Shown: in pieces, positions 52,887 to 64,000 of the stretch | Layout: every line of letters begins with the position of its first letter | How positions within the stretch are numbered: the stretch's first letter is position 1 | DNA from: Octopus sinensis | Taxonomy: Eukaryota | Length of the DNA: 64,000 nucleotides | NCBI RefSeq assembly: GCF_006345805.1 | Contig: NC_043003.1 | Location: forward strand, 103,044,001 to 103,108,000 | Direction: 5' to 3' | Made by a program: the position numbers and the translations under genes | Notes under the pieces: model-generated | Told to the model about the DNA's origin: nothing | Database searches by the model: none | The model's input: only the letters and a program-made list of their open reading frames with translations

Positions 52887-53559
52887 GACGGTCTTCTTTC
52901 ACACTCCATTTAGCAAACCCACTCATAAGGCTTTCATTATCCCGAAGCTATAGTAGAAACCAACTGCCCAATGTGCCACATGGTGGGATTGAACTCATAT
53001 ATTTGGGAAGCAAACTTCTTTCCACACAGCACGCCAGCTGCTATATGCTCATATAGATGCATTATGTGTGTGCTCTTGTGAATGTGTGTATGTGTGCTTG
53101 AGTGAATGTGTGTGTGTGTGTGTGTAAAAGGATATGTACATAAATAACTAATAGGATACACATAAAATATTTACTGGGACAATGAGGTGTCTATTGACTC
53201 TTAATATGTTCTCGCACTTTTGAACGTAGATCTCTGATCGCAGTTGTTTTGTTTTGTTGTTTTGGGGTTTTTTGTCATCAGAGAACACCTTTCATTTTAG
53301 ACGATATGTGTTCATACTAGACGTAGTCCATCAGAGTAAAGGGACTTTGAGACGCTGCGGTGTTTCGATCTCGTTATGTCACTCCTCAATCTGAGCTGCC
53401 CTGGCCCGATCGAATCGATACATTTGCAAATAAAACAACACAAATATGTATAAACATTTTTTCTAATTCTAATTATATGGTATTTTAAAATAAGTGTATT
53501 GTTTTCCCCTATTTCTACTATTTTTACGAATAATTTTGAACATTATTATTTTAAAACTA

Positions 53560-55500
53560 GTTTTCTTCTGCAGATATTGTAGCTGCATTAATCAATATTA
53601 TCAACATTGATGTTCTTAGTTTCCTCACGTCCATTGATAAGTAAGCTTAAAGCCGACTGTAGTGCCTCACTGACGCTCGCGAATATAATTAGATCAATTT
53701 CAACTTACCGAAGGACCGCCTTTCACAGCTGAAATTGGTGTGTTCACAATGGTGTGAACATTATCAGAATAGCAAGTCTCAGTTTTGGAAAGACATGTTC
53801 ACAACCATACTTAGAAATTTAAATGCTTCGGCGACTTTTCGGAAGCTTCTTACAATCCATGATTTTTTCATAAAGTTTTAAATCCGTCTATTACAGTTAT
53901 CGGCTGAAACAATATTTCTTATAGATGTTTATGTTACCAATGTTATTACTTTCATTTTAGTCAAATGGTAATCCTCTAGTATCTATTAAAAATCCAAATT
54001 TTCAATCCACGTCATGAAAACGGACAAATCTTTCTGCCATTTCATTATGAAGATGATCGATAGTTTTTTTTTACTATTCTCATCATTTCTTCTGTTGCGG
54101 TTAACCCTTAAATCATTATGTTTTTCGTGAACCATTTATTTCTTCTTTATGGGATTTTCTTCTACTTGTATGTCCCATTCATCATATACTTTCATCCAGA
54201 CTTCAAGTGATCCACTCGTCAATCATATTCAGCTGCTTAAAAAGTAACAACATTTAAATTGCAAACCACAACATAAAAGAGTTCTCTATTCGTTTTTAAG
54301 CGCGAAAACTCCCAGTATAATTTTATTCCAAAATCAAGAAGTTAAAAATTAAAATTTGATTTAGCAGCTGCCTTGCCTCGCCTCTTACATTAACACTTTG
54401 ATTTTGTTCAATGCTTTACAAATGTTCTGCTATAATATCAAAGAATTCATAAACTGGTTTCCCAGAGTCTGTCCTGGAACGCCATCAAGTTTCAGATTCA
54501 GATTTGACGACTATTAGGACGATATGTTTCAACTTCTCCAAACAGAAATTGTGCTAGGGTAGAAAGAATAAAGCGACTTCATTGTACCAAGAATAAAGTT
54601 GCTATCAATACATCGTGAAACACCAACCAGGCTAATATGATTGCTGCTTAAGGTTTGCATGTTTTCATAAATTCTCCAGGGACATACATTTTATAACAGT
54701 GGAATTGTAATGGCCTTGATATCAGTAAGCTTCTAACGAAATTTCGTATATTCAGAAATTGTTCTAAATTTTTACAAATTGTTCAATACTGTTTCGTTTC
54801 AATTTCTGAAATATCTATATAACGTATCTTTTTTCTCTTAATACGTTCTGGGAGATTCGAACGTGAATAAATGACCGCTGGTGTATTTCGTTATCGAAGA
54901 ACACTTGATTCCTTTAGACTATGTGTGTTCATAGCAGACGTGATTCACCGGTGTAAGGGGAATTTAAGACACCGCAGAGTTTTGACCCAACTGTGTGTTT
55001 CCTTAGAGAAAGCTCCCTGCCGGACCGATCAATCTAACGAGAGTACGAGCTCTTGTTTATCGAAATCCGTAAACAGATTTCTTGCTGATCGAATCTGGCA
55101 GATCATATCGAGATTGAACAGATACGTTATTGTTTGGATTCTCACATTCTGCCTGTACCTCATAAATTATAATCAGTTTGACAAAGTTTGTATTAGCAAA
55201 TAATTAGTTTACTGAATCTAATAAGTATTCCTGTTAGACTCATTGGTCTGTTAAGATAGCTTGAAGAGACACATACTTAGATCAAAACACAGCTGCGTTT
55301 TAAAGTCAACTTACACAGGGGAATCACGTGCGTTATGAACACACATTATCTAAAGAGAGGAGACGTTTTCCGGCGACGAAATACAACGGCGATCGGCATA
55401 TTCACGTAGGAATCTGCCAGAACATATTAATTAATACTCAGGATTTTATAATACCAATATTAAGATTTCTATTTAAATCAAATATATTGTACATACTTTT
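53560..55500 (-). mobile_element. Decayed hAT transposase (Tip100/ZMYM-like)
   Basis: Minus-strand remnants VVKSESET.W.SR, KPVYEFFD, RGEARQLLNQIL, IDHLHNEMAERF and the dimerisation-domain-like VFPKLRLAILIM..SCERRSFGKLK. Boundaries are uncertain. Confidence 0.6.
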
Positions 55501-56232
55501 AAATCGCCAATTCATTAGGGAGTAGTTGTTAGAAATCCAACTTTTACTTCAGTAATCGAAGTCCGAAGAAAACTCAGCAAATTATATGAATAAGATATAA
55601 TGATACTTTTGACGCAAGCCGCCATACTGAATTTCGTGATCGGTCTCCATTGACTCATAACACATTACGCCAGTTATAATATCACGGAATGCTTCTTGTG
55701 TCACAGTTCTACGATAAAAAAATTCTAATTACGTCTTTCTTTAATTAGATTTCTTTCTAAAAGAAAAATGTCGTCTGTTTCGTGTTTTTATTCATTTTTT
55801 CACTTGAGAGAATTCATCTAAAAATATTCAAAGCGAAGATGACATTTCACGGATATTTCGTCATAGTCATTTAACACGTGATGTTGGAGTGCATTGTTCA
55901 TTAAATTCACACAGTGCTATTGTACTTTGTAGGTGGCTACTATAGAAGTGCCAAAAATACGATAATGACATTTTGTCCTACAAAGGTAAATTCGAATCCT
56001 GGAGCCAGATAAATTGCATTTTTTTTCTAAAATGCTTTCATAAACATGGACTTTTCATAAACATGGACTTTTTCAGATTCCATACTTCTCAATTTTGTAC
56101 ATAAGTCACGAAGGGGAATTTACGGCACAAATTGGCATCGATTGATTCACGAAATGTTATCTACATCATAAATCTGGGCTTTGTTTCTTATGTCTCAAGT
56201 ATATATAATTTCCTAATCATGTATATACATAT

Positions 56233-56268
<36 letters not shown>

Positions 56269-56320
56269 GTTTATGTATATATATATGGGTTTATGTATGT
56301 ATACACACACACACATATTG

Positions 56321-56378
<58 letters not shown>

Positions 56379-56589
56379 GGTCTGCTCGCTTAGCCAGCGG
56401 GGTGGCGTCATTCGAAATTTAAAACAATGCGAACGCATTGTGACCAGCAATGTGTAACAACATTTGATGGTCTGGTCGGTCACGTGATCACGTGATATAT
56501 GTATGTACGTTCGTATGTATGTAAGTATGTATGTACGTATGTATGTATGTATGTATGTATGTATATATGTGTATATTCATGATAGATAG

Positions 56590-56756
56590 ATATGTTTCTT
56601 TATTAGCCACACAGGGCTGCACACAGATAGAACAAATTACAAGGTAGAGCTTTTTTTTTGAAGGTATTAAAAAAAAAAAAAAAAAAAAGGAAGGGGGAGG
56701 TTCGATCAAAAGGGATCGTAAAAGGAGAGAAAGAGGACAAAAATAAGGGGGGTAAA
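56590..56756 (-). mobile_element. Probable LINE 3' end with polyA signal, truncated by the gap
   Basis: Minus strand: pyrimidine-rich UTR, then ccctgtgtggctAATAAAgaaac. Confidence 0.4.
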
Positions 56757-56856
56757 NNNNNNNNNNNNNNNNNNNNNNNNNNNNNNNNNNNNNNNNNNNN
56801 NNNNNNNNNNNNNNNNNNNNNNNNNNNNNNNNNNNNNNNNNNNNNNNNNNNNNNNN
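56757..56856. other. Assembly gap (100 N)
   Basis: Run of N. Confidence 1.
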
Positions 56857-57162
56857 TAAATGAAAGAATGTAGTTGAATGACGATTTAACAAAATTCCTT
56901 ATTCTCGACATATGTTTCGAAGACTGCATATTCCTAATTTCGAAGGAATAAGGGGTGTATTATGCCGCCTTCTCATCAGGAAAGACAAGGAAATTATGTC
57001 AGCATCATGATGAACAAAAACTTTTAGATTACTGCCCACACGGAGTTATTATCGCTATGGACTCCGTGTGGAATTAGGAATTAGGAATATGCAGCCTTCG
57101 AAACATATGTCGAGAATAAAGGAATTTTGTTAAATCGTCGTTCAACTCCATTCTTTCATTTA
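56857..57162. mobile_element. Inverted pLTR-like structure with an HHR on the minus strand (56903-56983)
   Basis: ~85-bp inverted arms 56857-56940 / 57077-57162. Minus strand tttc-CTGATGA-gaaggcggcata..tatgcagtcttc-GAAA-catatg-TC-gaga. Confidence 0.8.
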
Positions 57163-57330
57163 TTTGTACTAAAAAAACACACAAATTTCCACACGAAAGC
57201 ACGTGATCTCTGCCCTTGGCATGTAGCTTCAACCGTGTTTTTCTGACGTGAATTTGCTACCCGAGTATCGGTTAACCGAATTATCCATACTAGGATAATT
57301 CATTCAACTACTTATATATATATATCTATA

Positions 57331-58222
57331 TTGTCTTGTTTTCCATTTGTTTCTTTCATTGTTGCAAAAAAGTTCATATTCCATGTATTCGTATTTCGTA
57401 TCTCATGTTTTCGTTTTTTAATGTTGTTTTTGTTCCGTGACGTCCTATGCCCACATATGCATATGTATATACGTATAGATGTAAGTATGTACATTTACGT
57501 ATGTATATATGCATATATATATATATTATTTATATCATTATATGATTGAACGCTACGAATTCCTTTTCCAAGTAGGTTTAATCTTAATAATTCTGATGCG
57601 ACACTATTCTATCCTATTACTCTTTCGTTTTCTCTCTTCCTTTCTCTTATTCTTTTACCTCCCCTTCTTCCCCTCTCGCTTTTTTTCTCTTATCATTTCT
57701 CCAAATCTTTTCCTCTCCCCTTCACAGTTCTCTGCCTGTCACTCCCTCTCCCTCACTATTTTGCTTTCGAGGCTCACACTAACTTTTCCTAACTTGTGCG
57801 TCTTTCTTTCTGTCTGTTGCAGCTGGAGGAATGAGACGCATTCTTGTCTGTCTCCTGTCCAAGCTTGTTTCTCCGTGTTAGCCATCTCACCTCGTTTAGG
57901 CTTAGCAGCCGTCGCTGTTTGTTTTTACTGTCCTCTTTTTGTTACCAATTTTGACCCTCCACAAAATGTCAAATTTTATTTAGTTTGTTTTGCGGAAGCA
58001 ACTGTTTTATCGAAGGCGTATTTTGTCTTTGAATTGCTCGAAATACGGATTAGAAAGCAGCCGACTGATGAAGGGTCGTTCGTTATGTTACTTGTCTTGT
58101 TTCCCATTAGTTTCTTTCGTTATTGCAAAAAAAAACAGTTCATATTCCATGTATTTGCATTTCGTATTTCATGTTTTCGTTTTTTATGTTGTTTACGTTT
58201 CGTGACGTCCTGTGCCCACATA
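57331..58222 (+). mobile_element. Non-coding element with ~130-bp terminal direct repeats between (TA)n tracts
   Basis: ttgtcttgttt..gttcatattccatgtatt..cgtgacgtcct.tgcccacata at 57331-57456 and 58092-58222. Confidence 0.7.
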
Positions 58223-58848
58223 TACAATATATATATATATATATATATAATATATATATATTATATATATATATATATATATAATATATATATATATATT
58301 CTATATATATATATATAAGAACCTAAATCCTTCAAAGGGATTTTTTATTATAATACGTTCTAGTGGAGAGTATATTGCTTTTTTTTTTTTTTTTTAATTA
58401 GTTAACTCTATAATTCTTAGTATTAAATAGGGGTTTTTTTCATTAACTTATCTGTTGGTTGATTGTCTATTTTCCTTTTTCTTTTGTATAGACGGTAATT
58501 GCAAATGTCGTTAACAAATATTTACATATTGTGTATTGTCATTTGAATTAATGCTTAAGTGGCTTTATATATTTTTCTGTTTTTGATCTATCTGGCGTTC
58601 GGTTAATTATTATTTAATTGTTTGCTCCTTTTCGGGATATTGTAAAGGTCTTCATATTTTTGTTGGCAGAACTCATTCATTCCAATAATGAATTCCCAAA
58701 CAAAACCTAATTTGTGATTTCAAAACGATAATATTTCGTTTTGTTTTGAATTAATTAGACTTGGAAACAACTTGAAGAGTTTTTGTTGGACATATGCACC
58801 AACTTGGAATAAACTAACGTCTACGCTTCTATTTTACTTTTCTTTATT

Positions 58849-58925
<77 letters not shown>

Positions 58926-59284
58926 GTGTGTGTCTATGTGTGGGTGTATGCATGTATATATGTATGTAAGTATACGACGGACTTTTTTCAGTTTCCGCCT
59001 ACGAAATCCACCCACAAGGTTATAGCAACAGACACTCGCTCCAGATGTAGAAGAACCCGAAATCATGCAGTTAGGAAGCTTCTTACCACACAGCAATAAC
59101 TGTGTCTGTAGGCTTGATGATGTCACAAGTATAGGACAGTGTATGAAGGGTCTCGCCACTTATTTCTGCCATTTGTCACTATATATGTGTGTCTGAGTGT
59201 ATGTGCGTGAGATGTTTTTATGTATGTGTGTATATATATTTGTGTGAAAGTGCAAAATCCGATATATATATATATATATGTGTG

Positions 59285-59331
<47 letters not shown>

Positions 59332-59333
<2 letters not shown>

Positions 59334-59665
59334 CGCAGGAGTGGCCTGTGTGGTAAGTAGCTTGCTAATCAACCATATGTTCCGGTTCAGTCCCACTGGT
59401 GGCATCTGGGCAAGTGTCTTCTGCTATAGCCTCGGGTCGACCAATGCCTTGTGAGTGGATTTGGTAGACGGAAACTGAAAGAAGCCCGTCGTATATATGT
59501 ATATATATATGTGTGTGTATGTGTCTGTGTCTGTGTTTGTCCCCCTAGCATTGCTTGACACCGATGCTGGGTGTTTACGTCCCCGTCACTTAGCGTTCGG
59601 CAAAAGAGACCGATGAATGTCTGGCGGGTTAGCATGGCGCGTCAAATACTGAAACAAGTAAAGAG
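59332..59665 (+). mobile_element. SINE family A with small deletions
   Basis: Highly similar to 31933-32338. Confidence 0.85.
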
Positions 59666-60042
59666 TATATGTATATATATATATATATATTATATATATA
59701 TATATATATGTATGTATGGCATTATGTAAGGTGTGTCTCTGTGTCTGCAAGTGTAAGTGTGTGTACATGCATATATTCATACTTATATAGACACATATCT
59801 AAGCATACATTTATACCGAATACACGGAGATGCATCCGGTTCGACTAGCACACAATTGATCGCGAATATTCAGCACAAAATAAACTCGCTCGCATACACA
59901 CATGTGTATATGCAAGCGCCCACACACCCACACTTATACACACTCATACAGATGCTCAAGTATAATTATGCACTTATGCATGTACACTCAGTTAAGCATG
60001 GATGCTAATGTATTTGTATATATATATATCTATATATATATA

Positions 60043-60073
<31 letters not shown>

Positions 60074-60892
60074 ATATACCAAAGCTATATATGAAAGCTT
60101 TCATATATGTACACACAAACTCATACATGCACACATTCACACACGCACATACTCACACACACACATGCACTCAGACATACACACACACAGCCACAGTTTC
60201 AGGTAGAGAGATTATGTAAGACGCTCGATAGGAAATAAGCCCATAAGTGATCCATACGTGAAAATAAAAATATATAGCGTCCATATTTATACAGCTTGTC
60301 TCCATGAAGTCTATCGCAATTTTTTGAACTTACTCTTTCTGAGTTATCATTTTTAGTAATTGCGGTATTTCGCTTCAGAAGACATGAAAAGCTAGGAAGA
60401 GGATGGTGGATGATGTCGGATGAGGGTGAATATATAAATAAGAGAAATAACAATGCCATAAACCCCATAAAGTAATGATAATTGTAACAACAATAATAAC
60501 AACAATGATAACAATTTATAAAATGAAGAAAGAAAAGCAATAGCAACGGTCAAGGACAACATCTATGGGAATGACAACGACAATAATAACTAAAATAACA
60601 TCAACAGAAAATTACAAAATACAAAAACATCATAGAATAACGACAACCGTAATAACGCCAACAATGAGAATAAAATTATAAAATCCTCAATTGTAGCGGT
60701 GAAGAGCCACAACAGCAGCAAGTAAACAGGAATAAAAAGCAGAAATCTAACATCAGAGAACAAGAACAGTCATGAAAATAACAAGAAGTGGGATTCATAA
60801 GGCCAGAGTTTAATCCGGTTTCTATGGCGTATAAAGTGACTGACTTTACAACGCCCTCGCCTGCACAGGACGCCGATACGTTGCAGGGTTTA

Positions 60893-61125
60893 AGGCGGCG
60901 AGCTGGCAGAAACGTTAGCACGCCGGGCGAAATGCGTAGCCGTATTTCGTCTGCCATTACGTTCTGAGTTCAAATTCCGCCGAGGTCGACTTTGCCTTTC
61001 ATCCTTTCGGGGTCGATAAATTAAGTACCAGTTACGCACTGGCGTCGATATAATCGACTTAATCCGTTTGTCTGTCTTTGTTTGTCTTCTCTGTGTTTAG
61101 CCCCTTTTGGGTAGTAAAGAAATAG
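60893..61125 (+). mobile_element. SINE family B inserted in a family C-like SINE, with TSD-like gttgcagggtt
   Basis: gttgcagggtt(t)aa occurs just before (~60880) and just after (~61130) the element. Confidence 0.85.
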
Positions 61126-61574
61126 GTATGTTGCAGGGTTAACTTCCCAGTTATTGTTTGAACTCATTTACAGCCGAGTGGACTGGAGCGAGGTAAAAAA
61201 CTTTTCTTAATTCAAGAATACGGTGCACCATTCGGTTTGGGAATCGAAACCACGATTTTACTATTGTCAGTTCCGTACTGTTACCGTGGCTGAGTGAACT
61301 GGAGCAGTGTGAAATGTGATGTTTTACTCATCAAGAACACAATGCACTGCCCATTCTGGGAATCGAAACCACAATCTTATTATTGTGAATTCCACACTGT
61401 AACCACAAGGCCACGCACATTCACAGTAGCAAGAAATGAAAATAAAAAATAAGAGCGAGGAACAGTTATTAAAATAATGACAGCAACAGCTTAAATCTGT
61501 CATGAGCCCAAAGACCGGAACTGAATTACCAGTGTAGTAGCAATAATAACAATACAACAGGTAATAACAATAAC

Positions 61575-62165
61575 ATTGGTTTTCAAATGTTGGTACAAGG
61601 CCAGCAATTTTTGAGGGGAGGGTAAAAGTCGATTATATCGACCTCAGCACTTCACTGGTACGTATTTTATCGACCCCGAAAGGATGAGAGGCAAAGTTGA
61701 ACTTGAACTCAGAAGATAAGGACGGACGAAACACCGCTAAGCATTTTGTCCGGCTTCCATCAATTCGCTGTCTTTGTAATAACATTTCTACTTTAAGTAC
61801 AAGGCCTGAAATTTTGGAGGAGGAGGAGAAGGAGGAGGTAAATCGATTACATCGACCCCCAGTTCTTGATTGGCACTTATTTTATCGACCCTGAAAGAAT
61901 GAACGGCAAAGTTGATCACGGTGGAATTTGAACTCGTAATGTAAAGACCGATGAAATGCAGCTAAGCATTTTGTCCGGCATGGTAACGGTTCTACCAGCT
62001 AGCTACCCTTGTAATAACAATAATAATGGTTTCCAATTTTCTCACAAAGCCAGCAATTCTGAGGAAGGGTAAGTCGATCACGGTGATCAACTGTTACTTA
62101 TTTTATCTAACTTGAAAGGCTGAAAGGCAAAATCAGCTTCGGTGGAAATCGAACTCAAAGTAAAA
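61575..62165 (-). mobile_element. Three tandem diverged SINE B-related copies
   Basis: Repeated acaaggcc..tcgacc..ttttatcgaccc.gaaag..ggcaaagttga..gaactc motifs. Confidence 0.7.
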
Positions 62166-62324
62166 ACGACAAACACACACACGCACACACAGACTCAAAT
62201 ATGGACACATACACACACAGGAATGCATATGAAAGATTTTCTTTCGGCTCTTCAACGCGTTATCGTTATACGATTAACGCATTTATTTTCACAATCCTAT
62301 TCATTTTTACTGAATTCGCTGTAG

Positions 62325-63350
62325 GGTTGCGTATTTTAGGACAGACAAATATGTGATCCGTAGTATGGCCTGTTTCTTCATATTCACAGGTGGTTGGGCC
62401 GGTTTTATAGCTCCATCAAACTGTAGCAAGTGTCTATTGTCTCGTCCTCTTTCTCAGGCCATTGGGTGACTTCCACTGGTTTCACGATGCTTCTGAGCCA
62501 GTAGGGTGGACTTCAGCAGTGGGGGTTCGTATGTCATTTGGAGAAGTGTCGTTCTCAAGTTTTTCCATCCAGAGCTAGAGTTTGGTTTCTCCCTGAGATA
62601 TTGTTAGGAACTGACAGAGCTGAGGAAGTTTCTCCTTGTCATTAGGCCAGGTATTGACGTCTGTGGACATCGATATTCGACAAGTCACTTTCCGTGTGAT
62701 ATCAGCGAAGACAATGCCAGCGAAGAAGTGCAGGTTGTTTATGTTGGTGGATTTCGATCAACCAGTGATCAGGCGGCCAGTGTTGTTCAATACTGGGTCA
62801 AGTTTCTTGATCCAGACAGAATATAAAGGGATCAAGGTAGAAGTACTCATGCCACGCTTCTTATCACGTAATAGTAGATATTACCTGCAAATTCTACCAA
62901 ACGCTTCGAAGCTGAGTTGCAAAATTTGAAGGATGACAAATCTACTAGGAGTTACTTGCAGTATACCTGCAATACTCAAAATATACATAGACCCAGTAAA
63001 GGAATTAAAATTACACACAAACATACTGAGAGCAATCACAGGTACCATATCTGGCCAGCGGAAAACAGTAACATCAAAGGGATACAAACTGTTTCATTTG
63101 TTTGGATTTCCAGTTTCTTTACAATAATCTAGACAAACGGAAACAATTGTTTTTAAAAGGAAATTACTTTCAAACACCCAAATGTATTCACGACAAACGA
63201 TGTTTGAAACAACAAACGTCCTTCCTGTGAAAAAGAAAAAAAAGTAAAGCGAAGGATTAAGATAACTGCTAAAGTGTAGGCTTGTGGAGGGAGCATAGTA
63301 GGAGAAATAAGGAACAAAAGCAAAGACCAGTGTGGTGGAAGGGCTTGGAT
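62325..63350 (-). mobile_element. Decayed Vingi/Ingi-like LINE 3' half
   Basis: Minus strand KKLDPVLNNTGRLITGWSKSTNINNLHFFAGIVFADITR, plus a terminal C..GHTTDHIFVCP zinc-knuckle remnant. Confidence 0.6.
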
Positions 63351-64000
63351 GCAGTTAGCTGCATTCATGAGCAGAACTTCGTAGTTGCAATAGGAAAGAC
63401 AGAGTAAAACGATGGCGCATCTATGGGATAGAAGTATAAGTCAGTTAAAGAGTGATTCTTTGATAATACGAGAGCTTTTTATTTTGGAAACGGATAGTGA
63501 TAGCAGCAGCAGCAGCAGTAGTAGCAGCAGCACCGTTCCATGTGAGGGAAAAGTATCCCATAATGCACTTGTTCTCCACGTATTTTATGAAATATGGAAT
63601 ATAATAATGATAATCCTTTCTACTATAGGCATTGGTGGGGGAGCTTAGTCGGTTACATTGACCCCAGTGTGTAACTGGTACTTATTTCATCGACCCCGAA
63701 AATATGAAAGACAAAGTTAGGCGAAACGCCACTAAGCATTTTGCCTGGCGTACTAACGATTCTGCTAGCTCGACGCCTTAATAATGACAATGATAATGAA
63801 AATTGTTGTATACAATGCTATGGTGTACTACAACTCATCAGAAAAAAAGGAGCCAAAAATCGCGTAAATAGTACATAGAATATAATAGAATAAGTCCTTA
63901 AAAAAGGTGAGAACATCACTGAAAAAAAGCAACTCTTCAAATATGTCAAAAAGAGTATGGTCAATATATTAAGAATTGGCTTGGCATTTCAGTTCAGTAC

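Noticed and set aside
53345-53400. Minus-strand TTGAGGA...GAAAC...GTC hammerhead-like string (similar weak strings at ~18060, 19374 and 34043)
   Set aside because: The stems cannot be formed convincingly, so these are likely chance or too decayed to call.
57509-58318. 269-aa hydrophobic ORF resembling a membrane protein
   Set aside because: It comes from a T/C-rich low-complexity strand within a repeat element and starts and ends in (TA)n.

Overview
AT-rich, microsatellite-dense eukaryotic intergenic or intronic DNA. The tRNA-derived SINE families and repeat landscape look like an octopus (coleoid cephalopod) genome; this is my recognition, not a database result. No host protein-coding gene can be supported, and most ORF-track entries are translations of simple repeats. 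The window is a mosaic of mobile elements: Penelope-like elements (PLEs, RT + GIY-YIG; a near full-length Neptune-type copy at ~25.1-29.0 kb), R4/Dong-type RLE LINEs in (TAA)n tracts, CR1, Vingi, RTE and Tx1-like LINE remnants, mariner/Tc1 and hAT remnants, and at least three SINE families. The main hidden signal is more than a dozen type I minimal hammerhead ribozyme (HHR) motifs, intact or decayed, from many unrelated sequence families. They occur in PLE ends, in non-coding tandem units of ~473 nt and ~302 nt (retrozyme-like), in a TSD-flanked non-autonomous element with inverted ends, and in a tRNA-headed SINE-like element carrying its own HHR. There is one 100-N assembly gap. Scattered 1-nt indels in homopolymers suggest some frameshifts are assembly errors.
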